Virus record (IMG/VR): IMGVR_UViG_3300025280_000022
Strand: one strand, 5' to 3'
DNA from: a virus
Length of the DNA stretch: 64,000 nucleotides
In this document: positions 6,988 through 13,542 of the stretch, piece by piece
Position numbering within the stretch: the stretch's first letter is position 1
How the letters are laid out: each line of letters opens with the position of its first letter
Program-made: the position numbers and the translations under genes
Notes under the pieces: model-generated
Told to the model about the DNA's origin: nothing
Databases searched by the model: none
What the model saw: the letters and a program-made list of their open reading frames with translations, nothing else

Positions 6988-7185
6988 ATGACACGTAAAC
7001 ACTTCGAGCTTATTGCTCAAACACTCAACAAGGCTCACAAGCACGACCACAACAAAAACGTGGTGCAAGGTATTGCCTTTGACCTATCAACCAAGTTTAA
7101 GGATATCAATCCCAACTTTTCACAAACCAAATTCATGCAGGCAGTCATGGCCGATTCAGGACTGTTCTTCACCAACGGAAAATGA
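6988..7185 (+). CDS. conserved phage hypothetical protein (MTRKHFxxIA family)
   Basis: N-terminal motif and NPNF...KF recalled from phage hypotheticals. Confidence 0.8.
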   Translation: MTRKHFELIAQTLNKAHKHDHNKNVVQGIAFDLSTKFKDINPNFSQTKFMQAVMADSGLFFTNGK

Positions 7186-7394
7186 CTGATCTAAAACAAT
7201 TACCTTATTGCCTAAACTTTCTCGCTAGGAACAGCGGGGACGTTTATTATCGAGCGAGTCACCAAAATTTTAAAACTATCGGTGACGCTTTGCGTTTTAT
7301 CTGCGACTTGAAAAAGTCGGACAAGCAAACCCGTGACCGCTATCTTTACAAGCGTACAGGTCGCAGGGGATTTGACTTTATTAACCAATATTAA
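7182..7394 (+). CDS. hypothetical protein
   Basis: 70 aa, ATGA overlap. Confidence 0.7.
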   Translation: MTDLKQLPYCLNFLARNSGDVYYRASHQNFKTIGDALRFICDLKKSDKQTRDRYLYKRTGRRGFDFINQY

Positions 7395-7413
7395 AAACTT
7401 TTGACAGCATGGC

Positions 7414-7452
7414 GTGCGGCGGGGTTGGTGGTTCTCCCCGTCGCACTTTTTC
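7414..7452 (+). terminator. intrinsic terminator with TTGGTGGTTCT loop (copy 3)
   Basis: gtgcggcgggg/ccccgtcgcac stem followed by a T-tract. Confidence 0.8.
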
Positions 7453-7453
7453 G

Positions 7454-7745
7454 TTATACATAAGCCACTATACATAAGGCCTTATACATAAGGGCGGCGG
7501 GGGGCCGCGGCCCGCCAGCCCAGTGTTTATGCGGGTTGCGGGGCGGTCGTTAGGTAAGTTGCAACTTACTAAAACGCATTGTTTGAATTAAATCCGAATT
7601 AAATCGGATTTAATTTTTTCCTCCGAATTTCCTGCAAAAAAAGGAGCTTTAACGGATTTTTTTTGCATTTATTTTCGTGTTTGGCTCTATTAGTGGCCTC
7701 GTGGCGTGTTTTTTTTATCGTATTTTCCCAAAATTAGTTTATAAT
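7454..7745 (+). repeat. junction module: TATACATAAG x3, 21-bp site (7517), palindrome GTAAGTTGCAACTTAC (7554-7569), AATTAAATC repeats, degenerate reverse site (7679), promoter TCGTAT-16-TATAAT
   Basis: Near-identical to the blocks at 8.53-8.88 and 9.65-10.0 kb. Confidence 0.88.
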
Positions 7746-7779
7746 GGTAACATACAAAATTGAGAAAGACCAAACTTTA

Positions 7780-7860
7780 AGCGTAACGGCAAAACCCTAC
7801 CATCGGCCACTAATTAGAGAGTCGCCACAAAAGGGAAATTGAAAAAACAAAACTACGCTA
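7780..7860 (+). ncRNA. candidate structured 5' leader RNA (copy 1)
   Basis: Homologous to 8925-9003 with a compensatory outer stem, GCGTA/TACGC versus ACGCA/TGCGT. Confidence 0.5.
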
Positions 7861-7892
7861 ACTTTAAAAAAACCACTAAATCCAAAAAAATC

Positions 7893-8123
7893 ATGTTCAA
7901 AGCTACTCATTTAGTCCTCACTCCTCACGCAGGAAATTCCGCCTTTGGGGTGGGATTCTCCCCTTCTCCCAAGAAGGCAATCGCCTTGGCGAAAGTCAAC
8001 GCCGACATCAACCTTGATAGGTTCGATGCCGAGCATGGCATTTGCTCCTCCATTGGCGGGGAAGTCACCAACCTTTTCAACGCCTCCAATGGTGTCCACA
8101 TCCACCAAAACCTCGACCTTTAG
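7893..8123 (+). CDS. 76-aa hypothetical protein
   Basis: Probable start MFKATHLVLT after an A-rich leader. Confidence 0.7.
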   Translation: MFKATHLVLTPHAGNSAFGVGFSPSPKKAIALAKVNADINLDRFDAEHGICSSIGGEVTNLFNASNGVHIHQNLDL

Positions 8124-8127
8124 TCCT

Positions 8128-8307
8128 ATGACCAGAGAAGAAAACAAAACTTACCTGCAAACCAGAATTGCCAACCTGAAGGCTGAAGTCGCTGGGCTTG
8201 TTGCAAGAGACGCAAGAGACGGAGAGATCCGAGCTTGCAAGTCGGAGCTTGCCCGCCATGAACAGGCTCTTGTGTGGCTCCACAACAGGATTGCCACAAG
8301 CCTCTAA
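8128..8307 (+). CDS. 59-aa coiled-coil hypothetical protein
   Basis: MTREENKTYLQTRIANLKAEV..., 4 nt after the upstream stop. Confidence 0.7.
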   Translation: MTREENKTYLQTRIANLKAEVAGLVARDARDGEIRACKSELARHEQALVWLHNRIATSL

Positions 8308-8333
8308 TTTAACCACAAACAAAAACCACTACA

Positions 8334-8525
8334 ATGCAATTCATTATAGCAACCACCAAGTCGGGCGTTTATCGCCTGCAAGTCTTCAATCGTGGGTTCC
8401 AGATTGGAACACACAACTCCGTCAGTCGGAAGTATGTTAAGCGTGTCATTCGCAAGTACACCGCTCGCATGGTGTCCTCATCCCATGCGGCACATGGCAA
8501 GCCTGTAAATGTCATTTGGGCATAG
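8334..8525 (+). CDS. basic hypothetical protein
   Basis: 63 aa with an AACCAC-rich leader. Confidence 0.7.
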   Translation: MQFIIATTKSGVYRLQVFNRGFQIGTHNSVSRKYVKRVIRKYTARMVSSSHAAHGKPVNVIWA

Positions 8526-8526
8526 C

Positions 8527-8877
8527 CTTATGTATAACGCTTATGCATAGCTTATGCATAGCGTCTTATGTATAGCGTTTAAGCTCATCGGCCGCTAGCC
8601 CAGTCATAGAGCGGGCTGTAGCGTGGCGGCGGACGCCGCGGCCCGCCAGCCCAGTGTTTATGCGGGTTGCGGGGCGGTCGTTAGGTAAGTTGCAACTTAC
8701 TAAAAACGCATTGCTCGAATTAAATCCGAATTAAATCCGATTTAATTTTTCCCCCCGAATTTTCCGCAATTTAAGGAGCTTTAAACGATTTTTTTTGCAT
8801 TTATTTTCGCATTTGGCTCTATTAGTGGCCTCGTGGCCCGATTTTGTTCTCGTATTTTTCGAAAAATGGTTTATAAT
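8527..8877 (+). repeat. junction module: TATGYATA x4, paired sites (8597, 8648), palindrome 8685-8700, degenerate reverse site 8811, promoter TCGTAT-16-TATAAT
   Basis: 51-bp spacing, read directly. Confidence 0.9.
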
Positions 8878-8924
8878 GGTAACATAGAAAATTAGAAAAG
8901 ACCTCACCAAAAAGACTTTACGAC

Positions 8925-9003
8925 ACGCAACGGCAAAACCCTAAACTCGGCCACTAATTTGAGAGTCGCCACAAAAGGGACATTGAAAAAACAACACTGC
9001 GTT
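8925..9003 (+). ncRNA. candidate structured 5' leader RNA (copy 2)
   Basis: See copy 1 at 7780-7860. Confidence 0.5.
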
Positions 9004-9034
9004 TCACTTTAAAAAATCCTGTAAATCAAAAAAA

Positions 9035-9157
9035 ATGTTCATCCGAAATCCAAACGTCATTTAACGCCCTCCTGATGGTGAGATGGGCGCGCCAAGATTA
9101 TGACAAAGAAAATTCCCATTTAACGCTCGTATGACGGGGAGATGAGCGCCCCAAGAT
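9035..9157 (+). ncRNA. two tandem minigene+pseudoknot units (59-nt period)
   Basis: MFIRNPNVI* (9035-9064) and MTKKIPI* (9100-9123), each followed by CGCYC...GGKG-AGAT-GRGCG-CSCC-AAGAT with covarying stems. Confidence 0.6.
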
Positions 9158-9182
9158 AAAAAATTTAAAACCACAAAAACCC

Positions 9183-9338
9183 ATGCAAACAATTTCTGAT
9201 TTAAAAAACCTTATAAGCTCCGCCAAATGTGGAACCGACTTGACTATTGCCCGAACAATGGTTCAATGGTCGGACGTTCCGCCTCCCATTAAGGCGCTTT
9301 TATTCCAGCAGATTGTAGACAAAAGAAAAACCCTTTAA
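9183..9338 (+). CDS. 51-aa protein, paralog of 11306..11512
   Basis: MQTISDLKNLISSA...IARTMV..SDVP..IK..LF.Q..DK. Confidence 0.75.
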   Translation: MQTISDLKNLISSAKCGTDLTIARTMVQWSDVPPPIKALLFQQIVDKRKTL

Positions 9339-9345
9339 GACCATT

Positions 9346-9492
9346 ATGACAAAAAACGAAAAAATCGCTCGCCTTGAAACTCACCTTGCTTGGTGGACTG
9401 CCAAGCTTAACCGCTCACGCAAGAACTCCTTGATTGCCATGCGTGCGTTGCATGTCAACGCAATCCGCAAGGAACTTGAAGCCCTCAAGTAG
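9346..9492 (+). CDS. 48-aa basic helical protein, paralog of 10514..10660
   Basis: LAWWTAKLNRSRK...NAIRKELEALK. Confidence 0.8.
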   Translation: MTKNEKIARLETHLAWWTAKLNRSRKNSLIAMRALHVNAIRKELEALK

Positions 9493-9498
9493 ACTTTT

Positions 9499-9651
9499 AT
9501 GTACGTCCTACAATCAACAACTAAAGCCAAAGATTGGCAAGCTGAAACCCTGCCGATGCCTTTGGCTGTCGCGGACAAACTGGTGCGCCAGCGTATCGCT
9601 CAGGCTTCAGGCTGTCGCCGTTATCGCCTTGTCAAGGTGCGCGTAGCGTAG
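9499..9651 (+). CDS. 50-aa hypothetical protein
   Basis: Hand-translated MYVLQSTTKAKDWQAETLPMP.... The stop abuts the repeat module. Confidence 0.65.
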   Translation: MYVLQSTTKAKDWQAETLPMPLAVADKLVRQRIAQASGCRRYRLVKVRVA

Positions 9652-9652
9652 C

Positions 9653-10007
9653 CTTATGTATAACGCTTATGCATAGCTTATGCATAGCGTCTTATGCATA
9701 GCGTTTAAGCTCATCGGCCGCTAGCCCAGTCATAGAGCGGGCTGCAGCGGGGCGCGGGAGCCCGCCGCCCGCCAGCCCAGTGTTCATGCGGGTTGCGGGG
9801 CGGTCGTTAGGTAAGTTGCAACTTACATGGGCGATTCATTTATTCCGAATTAAATCCGATTTAATTGCCTATTTAATTTTTCCCCCGAATTTTCCGCAAT
9901 TTAGGGAGCTTTAAGCGATTTTTTTTACGATTATTTTCACGTTTGGCTCTATGACTGGGCTGGCGGGTGAAGATTGTTATTGTATTTTTCACAAATTCGT
10001 TTATAAT
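9653..10007 (+). repeat. junction module: TATGYATA x4, paired sites (9723, 9774), palindrome 9811-9826, reverse site 9941, promoter TTGTAT-16-TATAAT
   Basis: 51-bp spacing, read directly. Confidence 0.9.
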
Positions 10008-10052
10008 GGTACCATACAAAATTAAGAAAGTTAACCACCAAAGATAAAAACC

Positions 10053-10226
10053 ATGTTTAAAGTTATAGAAGTTCGTTTTGATATCCTAACAGGAAACGAG
10101 TCCGAGCATATCCTGCTCAAGACCAACCACAAGCTCCTAGCCGATGAGGCTTGCAAGGATGCAAATGCCTCATTTGAGGGTGACGTTCCTGGGTTCGAGT
10201 CTTTCGCTGTTGTCGTCAAAGTTTAA
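10053..10226 (+). CDS. 57-aa hypothetical protein
   Basis: Hand-translated MFKVIEVRFDILTGNESEHILLKT..., AAAAACCATG context. Confidence 0.7.
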   Translation: MFKVIEVRFDILTGNESEHILLKTNHKLLADEACKDANASFEGDVPGFESFAVVVKV

Positions 10227-10252
10227 ACACAAACAAAAAAGAAAAAACCACC

Positions 10253-10501
10253 ATGAGCAAATCCATCTCACAACTCCCTCTCGCCCTTCAATCCCTCTTT
10301 GCCGAGCTACACGCCGAGCAAGCCGTCGAGCAAGTCTTGGATGCCGTAGACGGCACACAAACCAAAGCAACGTCCGAGGACATCATGGACGAATTTGTCC
10401 GCATCGAAACCGAAGTCGATGCCGATCCCATCGACGAAGACGACGAAGAACAGATCGACATGGACTGCGTGTCCGTCGAGATGCTGGAGATGTTCAGCTA
10501 A
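10253..10501 (+). CDS. highly acidic protein, paralog of 1875..2123
   Basis: DPIDEDDEEQIDMD motif. Confidence 0.8.
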   Translation: MSKSISQLPLALQSLFAELHAEQAVEQVLDAVDGTQTKATSEDIMDEFVRIETEVDADPIDEDDEEQIDMDCVSVEMLEMFS

Positions 10502-10513
10502 ACTTTAACTATT

Positions 10514-10660
10514 ATGTCAAAACAAAAAGAAATCGAAAAGCTCGAAAGAGATCTCGCTTGGTGGACTGCCAAGCTCAACAAGTCACGCAAGGAATCCTTG
10601 CGTTCCATCCGTGCGTTACACGCTAACGCTATCCGCAAGGAGCTTGAAGCTCTCAAGTAG
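10514..10660 (+). CDS. 48-aa basic helical protein, paralog of 9346..9492
   Basis: LAWWTAKLNKSRK...NAIRKELEALK. Confidence 0.8.
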   Translation: MSKQKEIEKLERDLAWWTAKLNKSRKESLRSIRALHANAIRKELEALK

Positions 10661-10661
10661 C

Positions 10662-10903
10662 CTTATGTATAGCGTTATACATAGCTTATGTATAGTGTCT
10701 TATGTATAGCGTTCACAGCCATCGGCCGCTAGCCCAGTCGTAGAGCGGGCTAGAGCCTGACGGCGGGGCCCGCGGCCCGCCAGCCCAGTGTTTATGCGGG
10801 TTGCGGGGTGGTCATTAGAATCTCACTCGCTCGCATTAGTTTTGCTTATACGTATACAACTGCATGATATTTTTCTTGTGATTGCTGAAAATTCTGTCAT
10901 ACT
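10662..10903 (+). repeat. junction module: TATRYATA x4, paired sites (10731, 10782), ATTAG boxes, promoter TTGTGA-16-CATACT
   Basis: 51-bp spacing, read directly. Confidence 0.9.
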
Positions 10904-10923
10904 ATTATATAAAGATTAAGAAA

Positions 10924-11250
10924 ATGGAAGAATCAAAAGCACAAAGAAAAGCCGCCCGAGACGCCCACATAAAAGCGCATCGTGCATGGCTGGCAAGCCC
11001 AGAAACCCACGCCGCTACAAGAAAAGCTCTGGAAGACAACGCCAAGTTGTGCATGGGAGAACCTTCGGGAGCGCAATTTCCACCTTCCCGTGAAACGCAG
11101 ATATTGTTTGCCAAGCGATTCCGCAGGAACTTCTTCTCCGTGGTCGATGAATTCAACGCAGACCAAGCCGCGCTGGACGATGCCGAGCTGGAGAAGCTCG
11201 CGCAGGAAAAGGTTCGCATGCAAGGTTTGCAGCCAAAATTAAAGGCTTGA
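10924..11250 (+). CDS. 108-aa hypothetical protein
   Basis: Probable start MEESKAQ downstream of the promoter. Confidence 0.75.
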   Translation: MEESKAQRKAARDAHIKAHRAWLASPETHAATRKALEDNAKLCMGEPSGAQFPPSRETQILFAKRFRRNFFSVVDEFNADQAALDDAELEKLAQEKVRMQGLQPKLKA

Positions 11251-11275
11251 CACTTTACAGAAAATCCTATAAAAT
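11247..11275 (+). promoter_or_regulatory. sigma70-type promoter
   Basis: TTGACA-17-TAAAAT. Confidence 0.75.
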
Positions 11276-11305
11276 TATATCATAGAAAAAATTAAGGAAA
11301 TCACC

Positions 11306-11512
11306 ATGCATAAAACAATTATCCACTTAAAAAATCTCATTGAAGTTGCCGAGTCCCATGCCGATTTCGAGATTGCTCGAACAGCGGTCAGGGATTCCGA
11401 CATTCCCCGCATTATCAAAGTTGATTTTTTCCGCCAGCTTTCCGACAAGCAAAGCCGTCAGGCGTTCATTGAAGAATGTTTCCATGCGAGGGAAGCGCTG
11501 TTCTCCTCTTAA
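11306..11512 (+). CDS. 68-aa protein, paralog of 9183..9338
   Basis: MHKTIIHLKNLIEVA...IARTAV..SDIP..IK. Confidence 0.75.
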   Translation: MHKTIIHLKNLIEVAESHADFEIARTAVRDSDIPRIIKVDFFRQLSDKQSRQAFIEECFHAREALFSS

Positions 11513-11513
11513 G

Positions 11514-11720
11514 ATGGAAGCTCAACCTTTTGTTCTCACCACATTGCCAGAGCTTGGCAATGAGCCAGTCATTATTTCAAGGAATCATATTTTTTATGAG
11601 GCTAAAAAGTCTGATGTATTTTTAAACACGGCGACAGTCAACGCAAACTTGCACAGGCTCGCAGATGTAACGCTAGCCTTGGGGTGGGGAGAGCATACGG
11701 TCTGGCAGGTACTCCTTTAA
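11514..11720 (+). CDS. 68-aa hypothetical protein
   Basis: ATG 1 nt after the upstream stop. Confidence 0.55.
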   Translation: MEAQPFVLTTLPELGNEPVIISRNHIFYEAKKSDVFLNTATVNANLHRLADVTLALGWGEHTVWQVLL

Positions 11721-11915
11721 TCAGTTCAAGCACTCCCCCCATTTCGAAAAAAAAGCGGAGGGGGGAAACTCAGACAACGCCGCGGGGGCCCTTTTTTCAT
11801 TCGTGGGGGCACCCCCCACCCGTTTGAATAAAAGTATCTGAAGATATATAAACATAATAAAACGCTTAACCAAAAAAAAATCCGAAGGCCTAGGGAATGA
11901 GTGTAATTATATGTG

Positions 11916-12641
11916 ATGGCACGAAGAAAAAGGCGAACATCGCCAGAAGTCCCCCAATCGATTGTAGAATCCGAATTAGAAAATCCATTTTTCTATATAA
12001 AAAATCACAGACTTACTGAAAAACAGAAGTCTTTTGCCGAGATCGCTATTGATCCTAAGACCAAAATTATGCTTATTAATGGCCCTGCGGGAAGCAGTAA
12101 GACTTATATGGCAATTTATGCCGCATTGCGATTATTGGCCCAAGATAAGGAATTAGAGCTATTATATGTTAGAACTATTATAGAAAGCGCCGAAAGAAAT
12201 ATGGGCGCCCTCCCTGGTAATGCGGATGAAAAGTTTAATCCCTATATGTTACCTCTCGAGGATAAACTAGAAGAATTATTGAAACCCTCTGATCATCAAA
12301 GACTATTCCACGAAAAGCGAATAGAAGCAATGCCAATAAATTATTTACGGGGAGCTAATTGGAGAAATAAGCTTGTGGTGGCCGATGAGGCTCAAAATTT
12401 CAGCTTTAAGGAATTAACCACTTTAATAACAAGAATAGGAGAAGGTACGAAAATATTTGTTTGCGGCGATTTCATGCAAAGTGATATTAATGGCAAAACG
12501 GGCTATCGAGCAATGTGCGATAGATTTACCGATCCAGAAAGTAAAAAGCTGGGGATCCATACTTTTCGGTTTGGAATAGAGGATATTAAGCGCAGTAAGA
12601 TTCTAAAATTTATCATAAAACGACTGCAGGAAACGAATTAA
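11916..12641 (+). CDS. phoH: PhoH-family ATPase
   Basis: GPAGSSKT Walker A, GALPG..EK..PY, YLRG, DEAQN, TRIGE, GD..QSD. Confidence 0.92.
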   Translation: MARRKRRTSPEVPQSIVESELENPFFYIKNHRLTEKQKSFAEIAIDPKTKIMLINGPAGSSKTYMAIYAALRLLAQDKELELLYVRTIIESAERNMGALPGNADEKFNPYMLPLEDKLEELLKPSDHQRLFHEKRIEAMPINYLRGANWRNKLVVADEAQNFSFKELTTLITRIGEGTKIFVCGDFMQSDINGKTGYRAMCDRFTDPESKKLGIHTFRFGIEDIKRSKILKFIIKRLQETN

Positions 12642-12658
12642 GTGTAATTACTTGGGAG

Positions 12659-13084
12659 ATGTTTCCCCCACAAGTTATAACCTTTATTGTTACCTTCGTT
12701 CTCAGGGCGCTGATAGATAAATGGATGCAAGCTGGAGAAGATCGTCGCATGGAGCGTGCCATGGAAAGAGATTTCGTTCATATGGAGGTGGACGCACAAA
12801 AGTCTGTGCGCGCCCAAATTCCCAAGCTCTTATTCGGCTGGACTACGGCGGTATTAGCCATCATGGCGTTCACCTGTATTATTGGGGTGCGCATTGTGGG
12901 ACCTTTATTTTTTGATGTCCCTGTTTATTTTGCGTTTACTGAGACGAGCAGAGGTTTTCTATTTCTTATTGAACCCGTTGAGCATATAAAGTATCTGGAA
13001 TTACCAGGAATTACATTTTTGCCTTCGGACAGTCATCTTTTAAGCGCCATCGCGGGAGCCTTTTTTGGGCGAGTAAGAAAGTAA
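12659..13084 (+). CDS. membrane protein, possible holin
   Basis: Several hydrophobic segments and a basic C-terminus (GAFFGRVRK). Confidence 0.5.
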   Translation: MFPPQVITFIVTFVLRALIDKWMQAGEDRRMERAMERDFVHMEVDAQKSVRAQIPKLLFGWTTAVLAIMAFTCIIGVRIVGPLFFDVPVYFAFTETSRGFLFLIEPVEHIKYLELPGITFLPSDSHLLSAIAGAFFGRVRK

Positions 13085-13542
13085 TGAGCGAAATAAGTAT
13101 AATCACGGCGGTTGCAATTTGCATCTGCGGCGCCTTCGTTACAGGATCTGTGGCATTCGTAATCAAATCCCTTATGAATGATATCAAGCAGGCAGAGTTA
13201 ACCGCAGAAAAAGGAATGGAGTTCGTGCGCTCAGAAATTTATGGGATTCGTAAATCGCTTGATTCCTTTAAAAGCGAGGAGAGGCATAAGGACGATGAAT
13301 TAAAAGTAGCTATAGATAATACTCAAAAAGAGCTGAGACAAGAGGCTCGAGCCGATAAGCTTTATGTTGACCATACCAAAAAAGAATTAAAAGAAGAAAT
13401 GCATTATTATTGGGGAAAAGCTGAAAAGGTATTAGAAGCTCGCCGACAAGATGTCTATATGCTTCATAACAAGATAGATACCATTAAAGATAAATTGCTA
13501 AAGAGAATAGAGAAGAAAATAGAGAAACTGGAGAAAAAGTAA
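13084..13542 (+). CDS. membrane-anchored coiled-coil protein
   Basis: N-terminal TM segment with a charged helical remainder. Confidence 0.6.
   Translation: MSEISIITAVAICICGAFVTGSVAFVIKSLMNDIKQAELTAEKGMEFVRSEIYGIRKSLDSFKSEERHKDDELKVAIDNTQKELRQEARADKLYVDHTKKELKEEMHYYWGKAEKVLEARRQDVYMLHNKIDTIKDKLLKRIEKKIEKLEKK

Noticed and set aside
8527-8575. dif/Xer site resemblance of the TTATGTATA boxes
   Set aside because: The ATAR and TTATG half-sites are 1-4 bp apart, not the 6 bp of dif.
8925-9003. c-di-GMP-I riboswitch (GGCAAAACCC...GGGAC)
   Set aside because: It lacks the GNRA loop, the GCAAAGC junction and the second hairpin.
9065-9093. Hammerhead ribozyme (CTGAT...)
   Set aside because: No CUGANGA plus GAAA core.
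1099-10802. CRISPR array interpretation of the 21-bp repeats with 30-bp linkers
   Set aside because: Only two repeats per locus, variable orientation and core, linkers that resemble each other, and no cas genes.
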